NCBI GenBank assembly: GCA_017538255.1
Contig: JAFYJD010000006.1
Span: 78,885-142,884 of the forward strand
Direction: 5' to 3'
DNA from: Clostridia bacterium
Lineage (GTDB): Bacteria > Bacillota > Clostridia > Christensenellales > CAG-138
Length of the DNA: 64,000 bases
Shown here in pieces: positions 16,692-25,547 of this stretch (the stretch's first letter is position 1; each line of letters starts with the position of its first letter). A program made the translations under genes and the position numbers. The notes beneath the pieces were generated by a model, which was not told where the DNA came from, made no database searches, and saw only the letters and a program-made list of their open reading frames with translations.

Positions 16692-18101
16692 TCAGAACTC
16701 GAGTTTTTTCTCGATATAAGCGCGGAGCTCCGTTATCGGCAGACGGATCTGCTCCATAGTATCACGGTCGCGCACGGTAACGGTATCCTTTTCGATGCCC
16801 TCGCCGCCCTCGATCGTTTCGAAATCGACCGTGATGCAAAGGGGCGTACCGATCTCATCCTGTCTGCGATAGCGTTTGCCGATCGCGCCCGTTTCGTCGA
16901 AATCGACCATAAAGTACTTGGAGAGTTCGGCATAGACTTCCTGCGCTTTATCGGAAAGTTTCTTTTGAAGCGGCAGGATAGCGGCTTTGAACGGTGCGAG
17001 CGCGGGATGCAGGTGCAGCACATTGCGAATATCGCCGTTTTCGAGTTCCTCCTCGTCGTACGCGTTGCAGAGGAACGCGAGCAGGAGCCTGCCTGCGCCT
17101 ACGGACGGCTCGATGCAGTACGGAACGAACTTTTCGTTGGTGAACGGGTCCATATACTCCATACTCTTGCCGCTGTGCTCGGCATGCGCCTTGAGATCGA
17201 AATCGGTGCGGCTTGCGATGCCCCAGAGTTCGCCCCAGCCGAACGGGAACAGATACTCGATATCCGTAGTGCCGTTGGAATAGTGCGAAAGTTCCTCGAG
17301 ATCGTGCTCGCGGCGGCGCATATTCGCTTCGTTGAGTCCGAGTTTTACAAGGAAGTCATAGCAATATGTGCGCCAGTACTGATACCAGTCGAGTTCGGTT
17401 CCGGGTTTGACGAAGAACTCGAGTTCCATCTGTTCAAACTCGCGTGTGCGGAAGATGAAGTTGCCCGGGGTTATCTCGTTTCTAAAACTTTTGCCGATCT
17501 GCGCGATGCCGAACGGAAGCTTTTTGCGCATCGTGCGCTGAACGTTTTGGAAGTTGGTAAAGATGCCCTGCGCCGTTTCGGGACGGAGGTATATCTCGTT
17601 TGCTGTCGTTTCATTGACGCCCTGGAAAGTTTTGAACATCATATTGAACTTTCGTATGCCCGTGAAATCGGCCTTGCCGCACTCGGGACATACGATGCCC
17701 TTTTCCTTGATGTACTCCTCCATTTTGGCATTGTCCCATCCGTCGGGATGAACGCCTTCGATGCCGTTTGCTGCGGCATAGTCCTCGATCAGTTTATCGG
17801 CGCGGAATCTCGCCTTGCAGGCGCGGCAATCCATAAGCGGGTCGTTGAAATTGCCGACGTGGCCGCTTGCCACCCAAACCTCGGGATTCATAAGGATCGC
17901 GCTGTCCATACCTACATTATAGGGGCTTTCCTGAACGAACTTCTTCCACCACGCACCCTTGACGTTGTTCAAAAAAAGAACGCCAAGCGGCCCGTAATCC
18001 CAGCAGTTTGCGAGACCGCCGTAGATTTCCGAGCCAGCGAAAATGTAGCCTCGGTTTTTACACAAGGCTACAATCTTATCCATTGTCAATTCTGCTTTCA
18101 T
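16692..18101 (-). CDS. glyQS: Glycine--tRNA ligase (alpha2 class II GlyQS type)
   Basis: [34 protein letters not shown] is typical GlyRS, ~470 aa. The start is either ATG 18101 or ATG 18083; the listed 18119 overlaps rpmB. Confidence 0.95.
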   Translation of the reverse strand: MKAELTMDKIVALCKNRGYIFAGSEIYGGLANCWDYGPLGVLFLNNVKGAWWKKFVQESPYNVGMDSAILMNPEVWVASGHVGNFNDPLMDCRACKARFRADKLIEDYAAANGIEGVHPDGWDNAKMEEYIKEKGIVCPECGKADFTGIRKFNMMFKTFQGVNETTANEIYLRPETAQGIFTNFQNVQRTMRKKLPFGIAQIGKSFRNEITPGNFIFRTREFEQMELEFFVKPGTELDWYQYWRTYCYDFLVKLGLNEANMRRREHDLEELSHYSNGTTDIEYLFPFGWGELWGIASRTDFDLKAHAEHSGKSMEYMDPFTNEKFVPYCIEPSVGAGRLLLAFLCNAYDEEELENGDIRNVLHLHPALAPFKAAILPLQKKLSDKAQEVYAELSKYFMVDFDETGAIGKRYRRQDEIGTPLCITVDFETIEGGEGIEKDTVTVRDRDTMEQIRLPITELRAYIEKKLEF

Positions 18102-18111
18102 AATACGATGA

Positions 18112-18309
18112 TTAGTCAAGCTTGTATTTGCCGTTCCTGATCGAACGCAGGCAGCGGGTGCAAAGGTTTATCCTGCGGGGAGTGCCGTTGATAACGGTGT
18201 TGTATACCTGCACGTTGGGAGCCCAAATACGCTTGGTCTTCCTTTCGGAATGGCTTACGAGGTTGCCGCTCATTGCGCCTTTGCCGCATAATTCACAAAG
18301 TTTACCCAT
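18112..18309 (-). CDS. rpmB: 50S ribosomal protein L28
   Basis: 65 aa, [23 protein letters not shown]...[20 protein letters not shown]. Confidence 0.95.
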   Translation of the reverse strand: MGKLCELCGKGAMSGNLVSHSERKTKRIWAPNVQVYNTVINGTPRRINLCTRCLRSIRNGKYKLD

Positions 18310-18385
18310 CTAAAATACACCTCCTTGACAGATATGCCGCCAAAAAAAGAACTCGTCTTTTCGGCGACTGCAACTCAACTTTCGC

Positions 18386-18414
18386 ATTATACCACTACCG
18401 AAAGCGTTTTGCAA
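18386..18414 (-). promoter_or_regulatory. Promoter for rpmB (and probably glyQS)
   Basis: Minus strand TTGCAA, 17 nt, TATAAT. 5' UTR of about 70 nt. Confidence 0.65.
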
Positions 18415-18432
18415 GTACTTTTTTTATTATTT

Positions 18433-18462
18433 TTGCATATATATTAGCGATTCGGGGATAAT
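18433..18462 (+). promoter_or_regulatory. Candidate promoter for tspO
   Basis: TTGCAT, 18 nt, GATAAT. Confidence 0.4.
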
Positions 18463-18485
18463 GAAACGATATAAGGAGGCGACTT

Positions 18486-18965
18486 ATGAAATCAAAGACC
18501 AAGAATCCTACAAAGACCTATATCATCTCCATCGCGATCGCGCTTGGCGCGGGGCTCATCTCGTCGCTCGTCAGCATGGGCAAGATGGAAGAATACTCCG
18601 CTCTCAAGCAGCCCCCGCTCTCCCCTCCCAGCTGGCTCTTCCCCGTCGTTTGGACGATACTGTTCGTTCTTATGGGCGTTTCAGCCGCAAGGGTGTATCT
18701 CAATTCTTCCGAAGATTTTCCCTTCGCGCTTAAACTGTATGTGCTGCAGCTGGTTTTGAATGTGCTTTGGACGCCATTGTATTTTGCGCTGAATCTGCGT
18801 CTTGCGGCGTTCGTGCTGCTCGTGCTGCTTCTCATTGCCGTTGTATATATGACATATGAGTTTTACAAAACGGACAGAACGGCGGCATATCTGCAGATAC
18901 CCTATATCGTTTGGCTCGTATTTGCGGGCTACCTCAACCTTGCAACATTCATATTGAACGGCTGA
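18486..18965 (+). CDS. tspO: TspO/MBR family tryptophan-rich sensory protein
   Basis: Five-TM 159-aa protein with PPSWLFPVVWTILFVLMG and the C-terminal YLQIPYIVWLVFAGYLN pattern. Confidence 0.85.
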   Translation: MKSKTKNPTKTYIISIAIALGAGLISSLVSMGKMEEYSALKQPPLSPPSWLFPVVWTILFVLMGVSAARVYLNSSEDFPFALKLYVLQLVLNVLWTPLYFALNLRLAAFVLLVLLLIAVVYMTYEFYKTDRTAAYLQIPYIVWLVFAGYLNLATFILNG

Positions 18966-18973
18966 TAAGCATT

Positions 18974-19004
18974 GCCGCCGCCCGACCCAAGCGGCGGCTT
19001 ATTT
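18974..19004 (+). terminator. Rho-independent terminator after tspO
   Basis: GCCGCCGC-ccgacccaa-GCGGCGGC followed by TTATTT. Confidence 0.7.
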
Positions 19005-19183
19005 ATGGGCGAAGGATATTCCGTGCCCAAATCTTCGATTTTTGCCCTATGACCGACCGATTTTCTTTTTGATTTCAACAAACATAGAGCGCTTTTTCAA
19101 TCGCATTTGCCTATGCAAAAGCGCCGATATAAAAACGGCACAAAAGGATCAAAAAATATATATGCAAAAAACAGATTTTATGG

Positions 19184-19212
19184 TTGAACACGCGCCGAAT
19201 TAGCGTTATAAT
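19184..19212 (+). promoter_or_regulatory. Promoter for serC-serA
   Basis: TTGAAC, 17 nt, TATAAT, 58 nt before the serC ATG. Confidence 0.65.
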
Positions 19213-19270
19213 CGGGGTATGGAAGAAAACTCTTCCAAATATATGTAAACTTTTTTAAGGAGTATTTGCT

Positions 19271-20365
19271 ATGAAATACGGTCGTGTCTACAACTTCTCC
19301 GCAGGCCCCTCTATCCTTCCAGAAGAGGTGCTCGAAAGCGTCCGCGACAACCTTCTTAACTACGAAGGTTCGGGAATGTGCGTAATGGAAATGAGCCATC
19401 GGTCCAAGGTCTTCCAGCAGATCATCGACGAAGCCGAGCAGGATCTGCGCGATCTTATGAACATTCCCGACAACTATAAGGTAATGTTCATTCAGGGCGG
19501 CGCTACGCTCCAGTTCGCAATGCTCCCGATGAACCTTATGAAGAACGGCGTTGCCGACTACATCGTCACCGGCAGCTGGTCCCAGAAGGCTTATAAAGAG
19601 GCCCAGAAGTACGGCAAGATCAACCTTGTTGCGACCAGCAAGGACCGCAACTACAGCTATATCCCCGATTGCTCGGATCTGCCGATCAGCGAGGATGCGG
19701 ACTATGTTTACATCTGCGAAAACGAGACCATCCACGGCACCACCTATCAGACCCTTCCCAACACCAAGGGCAAGATCCTCGTTTCCGACCAGAGTTCCAT
19801 GTTCCTTAGCAAGCCCTGCAACGTATCCGATTACGGCGTGATCTACGGAGGCGTTCAGAAGAACATCGGCCCCGCCGGTATGGTCATCGTCATTATGCGC
19901 GAGGATCTCATCCGCGAAGACCTGCCCGAATATGTTCCCACCTATATGAGCTACGCTACCCACGCAAACAACGGCTCTATGTACAACACCCCCAACTGCT
20001 GGAGCATCTACGTTTGCGGTCAGGTATTCAAGTACCTCAAAAAGATCGGCGGTCTCGAGGCTATGGCCAAGATGAACGAGGACAAGGCCAAGGTCCTTTA
20101 CGACTTCCTCGACGAGTCCAAGATGTTCAAAGGCACCGTTGACAAGGAGTTCCGTTCCCTTATGAACATCCCCTTCGTCACTGAATCCGCAGAACTCGAC
20201 GCAGAGGTGGTTGCCGCCACCAAGAAGGCGGGCTTTGACAACCTCAAGGGGCACAAGAGCGTCGGCGGTCTCCGCGCCTCCACCTACAACGCGATGCCCA
20301 AAGAGGGCGTTGTGGCGCTTGTGGACTTCCTGCGTCAGTACGAAAAAGAGAACTACAAGGGCTAA
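19271..20365 (+). CDS. serC: 3-phosphoserine aminotransferase
   Basis: N-terminal YNFSAGPSILPEEVL, 364 aa, next to a PGDH-like gene. Confidence 0.95.
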   Translation: MKYGRVYNFSAGPSILPEEVLESVRDNLLNYEGSGMCVMEMSHRSKVFQQIIDEAEQDLRDLMNIPDNYKVMFIQGGATLQFAMLPMNLMKNGVADYIVTGSWSQKAYKEAQKYGKINLVATSKDRNYSYIPDCSDLPISEDADYVYICENETIHGTTYQTLPNTKGKILVSDQSSMFLSKPCNVSDYGVIYGGVQKNIGPAGMVIVIMREDLIREDLPEYVPTYMSYATHANNGSMYNTPNCWSIYVCGQVFKYLKKIGGLEAMAKMNEDKAKVLYDFLDESKMFKGTVDKEFRSLMNIPFVTESAELDAEVVAATKKAGFDNLKGHKSVGGLRASTYNAMPKEGVVALVDFLRQYEKENYKG

Positions 20366-20380
20366 ACTCAAGTGTTTCAC

Positions 20381-20408
20381 GGAGCGGGGTTTTTTATGAT
20401 TCCGCTCC
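20381..20408 (+). other. Hairpin in the serC-serA intergenic spacer
   Basis: GGAGCGG-ggttttttatgatt-CCGCTCC. No trailing U-run, so it is more likely a processing or stability element than a terminator. Confidence 0.3.
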
Positions 20409-20451
20409 AAACATTATAAAAAGAAATATCATTTATAAAGGAGATACTATT

Positions 20452-21363
20452 ATGCGTATTCTTGCATCCGACGGTATGGAGAAAAATGCGGTGGCCGCAC
20501 TTCAGGCACAGGGTCACGAGGTCGTTGAACAGTTCTACGAGCCCGCTGAACTTGCAGAGCAGGTAAAGAATTTTGACGTTCTTGTTGTCAGGAGCGCGAC
20601 CAAGGTCCGCGAGCCCATCATCGATGCGGCTCTTGAGACCGGCAAACTCCGCCTCATCATCCGCGGCGGCGTCGGCATCGACAACATCGACCATAAGTAT
20701 GCCGAGGAAAAGGGCATTGCAGTTCGCAACACTCCCCGCGCTTCCAGCGACGCGGTTGCGGAACTCGCGCTTGCACATATGCTTTCCTGCGCCCGTTTTG
20801 TAAGCCACGCGGGTCATTCTATGCGCGACGGCAAATGGGAGAAGAAAGCCTATGCAAAGGGCATCGAAGTCGGCGGCAAGACCCTCGGCGTTATCGGCTA
20901 CGGCCGCATCGGTCAGAGCCTCGGCAGGATGGCTCAGGCGCTCGGTATGAAGGTGCTTGCATTCGACATCTACCATGTTGACGGTCTTGAGAACGAGAAT
21001 ATGAAGTATGTTGAGATGGACGAGCTTTTCGCAAATTCCGACTTCATTTCCATCCACACCCCCGCCATCGACGGCAAGCCCCTCATCAATGCGGAGACAA
21101 TCGCCAAGATGAAGGACGGCGTGAACATCATCAACACCAGCCGCGGCGCGAATATCGACGAGGCGGCGCTTCTTGAGGCGCTCAATAGCGGCAAGGTCCG
21201 CTCCGCAGGTCTTGATGTTTGGGCGGAGGAGCCCTCCAAGAACGAGGAACTTATCAATCACCCGATGGTTAGTTGCACCCCCCATATCGGCGCAAGCACC
21301 GTTGAGGCGCAGAAGCGTATCGGCGCGGAGATCGTTGATATCATCGGCAAGTTCTTTGCGTAA
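20452..21363 (+). CDS. serA: D-3-phosphoglycerate dehydrogenase-like 2-hydroxyacid dehydrogenase (short form, no ACT domain)
   Basis: GVIGYGRIGQSLG NAD-binding motif and a C-terminal TPHIGAST motif. Adjacent to serC. Confidence 0.8.
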   Translation: MRILASDGMEKNAVAALQAQGHEVVEQFYEPAELAEQVKNFDVLVVRSATKVREPIIDAALETGKLRLIIRGGVGIDNIDHKYAEEKGIAVRNTPRASSDAVAELALAHMLSCARFVSHAGHSMRDGKWEKKAYAKGIEVGGKTLGVIGYGRIGQSLGRMAQALGMKVLAFDIYHVDGLENENMKYVEMDELFANSDFISIHTPAIDGKPLINAETIAKMKDGVNIINTSRGANIDEAALLEALNSGKVRSAGLDVWAEEPSKNEELINHPMVSCTPHIGASTVEAQKRIGAEIVDIIGKFFA

Positions 21364-21375
21364 TCTACACCTGTT

Positions 21376-21418
21376 ATAAAAACCGAGCGGCACGCCTCAA
21401 AAGGGCGTGCCGCTTTTA
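21376..21418. terminator. Bidirectional terminator between the convergent serA and exonuclease-like genes
   Basis: AGCGGCACGCC-tcaaaag-GGCGTGCCGCT, flanked by an A-run and a T-run. Confidence 0.75.
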
Positions 21419-21439
21419 TATGCAGTATTCTGCGGTTTG

Positions 21440-21488
21440 TTATTCGTGCTTTATGTATTTCGCTTTTTTATTCGCGCCTTATGTATTT
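21440..21488. repeat. Direct duplication (21 nt, 19/21 identical, period 28) of the 3' end plus stop of the exonuclease-like gene
   Basis: TTATTCGTGCTTTATGTATTT (21440..21460) versus TTATTCGCGCCTTATGTATTT (21468..21488). The minus strand reads KYIKHE* and KYIRRE*. Confidence 0.7.
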
Positions 21489-22373
21489 GAGATACAGCAC
21501 AACGAGCACGGCAAACGCCAGGACCGCGATTATCGCGCCGATGAGTTTATCCTTTATGACGATGAGCAGGCAGAACACCACCGCCGCGATAACGAGCATC
21601 AGTATCATCTCGGTATACGCCCGAAAGCCTTTTGAACGCTTTTCTGTTTCGGCGGGCGCGGGTATCTCCGATACGAGTTCCGGCTCTTTTGTGCTTGCGT
21701 CCTCGGTTTTCGATTCGTTCGCCGCCGCTTTGACCTGCTCCTGTTCGGCGGCGCGGATGCTTTGAACGAGCGCGGCGGCTTCGTTCTTTGCGGCTGCGGC
21801 CGGCGCTTTTTCAAGCAGGATGCCGTTATCCTCGCAGTAGCGCTTCAGCGCCTCGTAGCATTTTGCGACGGTTTCCGGTATCGAAGCTGAGGCCGCGTGC
21901 TCCGATCTTGTTCCGCCGAGAAGCGAAGCCGCGAGTTCGGAAAAACTGTGATCCTCAAGTTCCGGAAAGAGCGCCCTGTTGAGTTTACTTAGGTCAACGG
22001 CGGCGTTTTTGATCGGACCACCCGTACACTTGGCGTTTATAAAGGCGAGTTTTTCGTCAATATCCGCGCCGACGATCGTATCCCCGCCTATGAACGAAAC
22101 GAACGCCTCCAGCATATCGTCCGTCGGCGGCGCACTGACGAGCATTTCGTCGGTGAAGCCGATGCGCCCCGCTACCGGGGGCGTGAGTTTTATGCCCGGA
22201 TCGACGAGCGATTTGAACTTGCCCGTTATCCTGCCGCGAACTACACGCACCGCTGAAAGCATCACTATGCCGTCGGAGGCAGGATCGTCGCCCGTGGTCT
22301 CGATTACCGCCGCCACGTATTTTTCGCCCGCGAGGCAGGCGTTATCGTTATTCCCCTTATTTTCGATCAACAT
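21468..22373 (-). CDS. Membrane-anchored DnaQ/PolC-type 3'-5' exonuclease-like domain protein, catalytic residues degenerate
   Basis: YVAAVIETTG...FTDEMLVSAPP...FIGGDTIVGADIDEKLAFINA parallels the exonuclease pattern YvvfDlETTG...HNasFD. The first Exo I Asp is Val, and Exo II and III are altered. Ala/Glu-rich linker and two C-terminal TM helices. Start set to ATG 22373 (AAAGGGGA RBS). Confidence 0.6.
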   Translation of the reverse strand: MLIENKGNNDNACLAGEKYVAAVIETTGDDPASDGIVMLSAVRVVRGRITGKFKSLVDPGIKLTPPVAGRIGFTDEMLVSAPPTDDMLEAFVSFIGGDTIVGADIDEKLAFINAKCTGGPIKNAAVDLSKLNRALFPELEDHSFSELAASLLGGTRSEHAASASIPETVAKCYEALKRYCEDNGILLEKAPAAAAKNEAAALVQSIRAAEQEQVKAAANESKTEDASTKEPELVSEIPAPAETEKRSKGFRAYTEMILMLVIAAVVFCLLIVIKDKLIGAIIAVLAFAVLVVLYLKYIRRE

Positions 22374-22462
22374 ATTTCGTCCCCTTTCGCGTTTTTCCAA
22401 TCTATGATACAACCAAAATCGCGTTTTGTAAACTCCTATTCATCCCGCTTGATTTTGAGCGC

Positions 22463-22494
22463 AAAAAAAGACGGAGTCAAAACTCCGTCTTTTG
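22463..22494 (-). terminator. Terminator after the L,D-transpeptidase gene (bidirectional-looking)
   Basis: AGACGGAG-tcaaaa-CTCCGTCT, flanked by A7 and T4. Confidence 0.75.
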
Positions 22495-22501
22495 AAATAT
22501 G

Positions 22502-23941
22502 TTATTTTGCAAATGCTCCAAAAGCGTTTCTATGTGCTCTTGCGAAGAAGCGCCTTACGCTCATCGGTATATAGTCCACGCTGCCAGGATCATCCGTCGG
22601 GTCGGCCGTCGGCGACTCCGTTGGCTGGGTCGTAGGGGTCGGCGTGGGCGTGGGCGTCGGCGTCGGGGTTGGCGTCGGCGTCGGGGTTGGCGTTATCGTC
22701 GGTGTTATCGTCGGCGTTATCGTCGGTGTTATCGTCGGTGTTATCGTCGGCGTTGTCGTCGGTGTAGGCGTTTCGGTCGGTTCCACCGTTGCCGTAGGTT
22801 CAGGCGTGGGTGTGTATGTCGGCGTCGGTGTCGGTGTCGGAGTAGGAGTTTCATCCGGCATCGGCGCAGGCCTATAAATACTGATATTCCTGCTTAGTTT
22901 GCCTTCCGCAAGTGCCTTTGCGTAATCGGCCTTAGCCAGAGCGGAACGAATCGTATAACCGGCTTTGTACTCATCGCCATAGGGGTTGTTTGGATCCGGA
23001 TCGGTGGGATCCCAGCCGCGAAGGAGTACATTAGGATCGTTCGCGTTCAATCTCATCGGCTTGGGCTGACCGAAAGGACCCGCGCTTGACGCATCCTCAT
23101 AAATAACGACTGTCGTGCCAACGGGGCAGTTGTCAAATATCCACTTTGCGTCGCTCGTTGCAAGTCTTACGCATCCGTGGGATGCGTTTCTGCCGAGTTT
23201 ATTATACATAGAAACGGCGATATTGTTTTTTTGGTACATCTCGTTGTACGGCACCGAGTGGAACAGCACGCTTCCGGTGATCCTGGTGCAGTACTGGCCG
23301 TAGCACGGACCCATAAGCACGTGCCAACTGATTCTTTGCTGTGTATTAAAAATGCCCTTGGGCGTCGGTGTCGAAGTCGCGCCCGCAGTGCAGACCATAG
23401 CAAGATACGGCCTCGTATAATTGCCTTCCTCATCGACACAGTAGACGGTAACGGTGTTCTTTTGGGCGGCAGTATTTACAAGGATCATATACGGATAGCC
23501 ACCTCGCGCCTTGATGTTTAGTTTTTCATAGCCGGGGGTATTCTTGAGTTTTGCCATCAAAGTCTTTCCCGCTTCGGCAAGTTTCGCCTCATCCGGCTGA
23601 TTGGGATATGGATTGGGAACGACAGGCGCAACGGTCGGCTTAGGCGTTGCCGTCGGACTTACGGCAGTTTGAGTGGGCACCGCAGTTGGGTCTTCCGTCG
23701 GATCGGGAGTTTCTGTATCCTCGGGAAAACTCGTTGGCATATAGGTATCTGTGGGCGGCACGGTCATCGGATCGACGGTGATGATCGTGCTGTCCGTAGC
23801 GGGGGATTCCGAATTGTAAACGGGTTCTGAAGGACCCTCATAAATGATCGGCGGATCCTTTTGGTTCAAGTCGGAACACGCGGCAGCACCGAGGATGAAT
23901 ACCGCGCAAATAAACAAACTGGCGATTCGTCGAATAGTCAA
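22502..23941 (-). CDS. L,D-transpeptidase (YkuD domain) lipoprotein with N- and C-terminal Pro/Thr-rich regions
   Basis: FHSVPY...ASHGCVRL catalytic motif. Signal peptide [22 protein letters not shown]. Start set to TTG 23941, 6 nt after GGAGG. Confidence 0.85.
   Translation of the reverse strand: MTIRRIASLFICAVFILGAAACSDLNQKDPPIIYEGPSEPVYNSESPATDSTIITVDPMTVPPTDTYMPTSFPEDTETPDPTEDPTAVPTQTAVSPTATPKPTVAPVVPNPYPNQPDEAKLAEAGKTLMAKLKNTPGYEKLNIKARGGYPYMILVNTAAQKNTVTVYCVDEEGNYTRPYLAMVCTAGATSTPTPKGIFNTQQRISWHVLMGPCYGQYCTRITGSVLFHSVPYNEMYQKNNIAVSMYNKLGRNASHGCVRLATSDAKWIFDNCPVGTTVVIYEDASSAGPFGQPKPMRLNANDPNVLLRGWDPTDPDPNNPYGDEYKAGYTIRSALAKADYAKALAEGKLSRNISIYRPAPMPDETPTPTPTPTPTYTPTPEPTATVEPTETPTPTTTPTITPTITPTITPTITPTITPTPTPTPTPTPTPTPTPTPTTQPTESPTADPTDDPGSVDYIPMSVRRFFARAHRNAFGAFAK
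22634..22852 (-). repeat. Coding tandem repeats: (Thr-Pro)n 6-nt units and six 12-nt TPTI units
   Basis: GGCGTSGGSGTY units run through 22634..22688. Six near-identical 12-mers GGYGTTATCGTC occupy 22689..22760. A second TP run lies at 22816..22852. All are in frame in the L,D-transpeptidase C-terminus. Confidence 0.9.
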
Positions 23942-24026
23942 TTTTATCCTCCAAAACAACAAATATCGTTAATACGGATCCAATGTAAGGCATAACTCTG
24001 CATCAGACCATAAAATACCGAATAGT

Positions 24027-24055
24027 ATTATACAGTAAAAATAAACCGATTGCAA
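24027..24055 (-). promoter_or_regulatory. Promoter for the L,D-transpeptidase gene
   Basis: Minus strand TTGCAA, 17 nt, TATAAT. Confidence 0.65.
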
Positions 24056-24143
24056 TAGGGAAATCAAGTTTTTTAATCAAATGTCATAATTTGTTAACAT
24101 TTTGCCACGGGCGCGTTTGTCGCCACGCTGCGGTTTGTTTTGC

Positions 24144-24174
24144 AAAAAAACCGCCGAAGCGGAACTTCGGCGGC
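24144..24174 (-). terminator. Rho-independent terminator after rpsR
   Basis: Minus strand GCCGCCGAAG-ttcc-GCTTCGGCGG followed by TTTTTTT. Confidence 0.8.
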
Positions 24175-24188
24175 TGAATGCTTGAGCA

Positions 24189-24431
24189 TTAGTCCTGAAC
24201 GTAGGGCAGCAGCGCTACCTGGCGAGCGGACTTGATCGCGGTTGCGAGCGCCCTCTGGTGCTCCGCGCAAACACCGCTCATCCTGCGGGGCATAATTTTG
24301 CCGCGCTCGGTGATGAACTTGCGGAGTTTAGCCGCGTCTTTGTAATCGATATGTTCGACCTTGTCAACGCAGAACTGGCAGACTTTGCGTCTGGATTTCC
24401 TGGGACGGGGTCTCATTTTGCGGTCTTCCAT
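24189..24431 (-). CDS. rpsR: 30S ribosomal protein S18
   Basis: 80 aa, [15 protein letters not shown]...[12 protein letters not shown]. rpsF-ssb-rpsR order. Confidence 0.95.
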   Translation of the reverse strand: MEDRKMRPRPRKSRRKVCQFCVDKVEHIDYKDAAKLRKFITERGKIMPRRMSGVCAEHQRALATAIKSARQVALLPYVQD

Positions 24432-24460
24432 TGAAACTTACTCCTTTCGCAAAATAACTA

Positions 24461-25033
24461 TTAGAACGGAAGTTCTTCGTCGCTTGTATCGGTGAATCCC
24501 TGTTCACCGAGATTCGGATCAAAACTCGTTCCGGCAAATTCGTCCCGGCTTGCTTCCCTGCTGTCCTGCCAACCGTTGTTTACGGGAGCATTGCCCGCAT
24601 GATCGTGCTGCATGCCCTGCGGGGGATAGTTTCTGTTATAGCCCTGCTGATAGCCTCCATGCTGCTGATAACCGCCTTGCTGGTAGCCGCCCTGCTGATA
24701 GCCTCCCTGCCCCTGCTCTCTGGGGCTGAGGAACTCGACTTCTTCCGCCGTTACCTCGAGTGAAACGCGGGGTGAGCCGTCCTTCGCCTCGTAAAGACGG
24801 GCGGAGAGTTCGCCTACGACCGCGACTTTGCGGCCCTTGGCGAGGAAGCGGGAGCAGGTCTCGCCGAGTTGTCTCCACGCGCTGACGCGGAAGAAATCGG
24901 TCTGGCGCTCTTCCCTGTTGGAAGCAAACCTGCGGTTGACCGCAATGGTCATAGTGCATACGCTTACGCCCGTTGCGGTGGTGCGCAGTTCGGGATCAGC
25001 AGTCAAATTGCCGATAAGAAAGATCTTGTTCAT
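24461..25033 (-). CDS. ssb: Single-stranded DNA-binding protein
   Basis: N-terminal OB fold (MNKIFLIGNLTADPELR), a GGYQQ-repeat linker and an acidic tip DEELPF. Confidence 0.95.
   Translation of the reverse strand: MNKIFLIGNLTADPELRTTATGVSVCTMTIAVNRRFASNREERQTDFFRVSAWRQLGETCSRFLAKGRKVAVVGELSARLYEAKDGSPRVSLEVTAEEVEFLSPREQGQGGYQQGGYQQGGYQQHGGYQQGYNRNYPPQGMQHDHAGNAPVNNGWQDSREASRDEFAGTSFDPNLGEQGFTDTSDEELPF
24644..24706 (-). repeat. 15-nt coding tandem repeat (GGYQQ x4) in the ssb linker
   Basis: CTGCTGATAGCCTCC and variants at 24644, 24662, 24677 and 24692. Confidence 0.85.
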
Positions 25034-25086
25034 TCTAAAATCCTCACAAAATTACAAATTCGATCCGATGCTTGATTTCTGACTGA

Positions 25087-25374
25087 TTATTCGTGGTGGC
25101 ATGCGACTTTGTAACGCATGATCTTTTCGTCGTTCTTCATATTGCGCTCGAGTTCTGCGGGCAGAGCCGATTCACTCTCGAATACGGCAAGAACGTAGTA
25201 GCCCTCGGTCTTATAGTCGATGGGATACGCGAGGCGGCGTTTGCCCCACTCGTCTACCCTGACGACCTCACCGCCGTTAGCGGTGATGATACCGTTGAAC
25301 TTGTTGATTACGGAATTGGTCTCCTCCTCATTAAGCTCGGGCACGATAACATACAGACATTCGTACTTTTTCAC
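25087..25374 (-). CDS. rpsF: 30S ribosomal protein S6
   Basis: 95 aa, KKYECLYVIVPEL...WGKRRLAYPI. GTG start after AAGGAGGTG. Confidence 0.95.
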   Translation of the reverse strand: MKKYECLYVIVPELNEEETNSVINKFNGIITANGGEVVRVDEWGKRRLAYPIDYKTEGYYVLAVFESESALPAELERNMKNDEKIMRYKVACHHE

Positions 25375-25426
25375 TTAATTCACCTCCTTATGGACTGATG
25401 GCGCCTAAACGGCGCAAGGTTGTTGG
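25375..25426 (-). promoter_or_regulatory. Structured rpsF 5' leader (candidate S6:S18 autoregulatory hairpin)
   Basis: The leader reads CCUU-GCGCC-GUUUA-GGCGC-CAUCAGUCCAU-AAGGAGG. An inner 5-bp GC stem is enclosed by an outer CCUU:AAGG pairing that sequesters the SD. Assignment to the published rpsF leader class was not verified. Confidence 0.3.
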
Positions 25427-25432
25427 CGAATA

Positions 25433-25461
25433 ATTATAACACGCCAAAGCGCGGGTTTCAA
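25433..25461 (-). promoter_or_regulatory. Promoter for rpsF-ssb-rpsR
   Basis: Minus strand TTGAAA, 17 nt, TGtTATAAT. Confidence 0.65.
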
Positions 25462-25505
25462 CTGTTTTTTTGCGCGTCGGCAAGTATATTTTTGTTTTTC
25501 CAACG

Positions 25506-25536
25506 CCGCCGATCGTTTTTTTAAAAAAAGCGGCGG
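25506..25536. repeat. GC-clamped A/T palindrome
   Basis: CCGCCG-atcg-TTTTTTTAAAAAAA-g-CGGCGG, in the divergent rpsF/cdaA intergenic region. Confidence 0.6.
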
Positions 25537-25547
25537 AGTTTAAGGTT

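Noticed and set aside
18966-19270. 305-nt region upstream of serC inspected for a riboswitch or T-box
   Set aside because: The strong promoter sits only 58 nt from the ATG, so the leader is too short. The upstream part contains only the tspO terminator and AT-rich spacer.
22634-22852. Periodic short repeats that might superficially look like a CRISPR array or satellite
   Set aside because: The period is 6-12 nt with no unique spacers, and the repeats are in frame within the L,D-transpeptidase gene, encoding TP/TPTI. The plus-strand ORFs 22499..22897 and 22644..22877 are mirror frames (R/C-rich, GV-rich).
24644-24706. The GGYQQ repeat in ssb, considered as an anomaly
   Set aside because: Gly/Gln/Tyr-rich repetitive linkers are normal for bacterial SSB intrinsically disordered regions.
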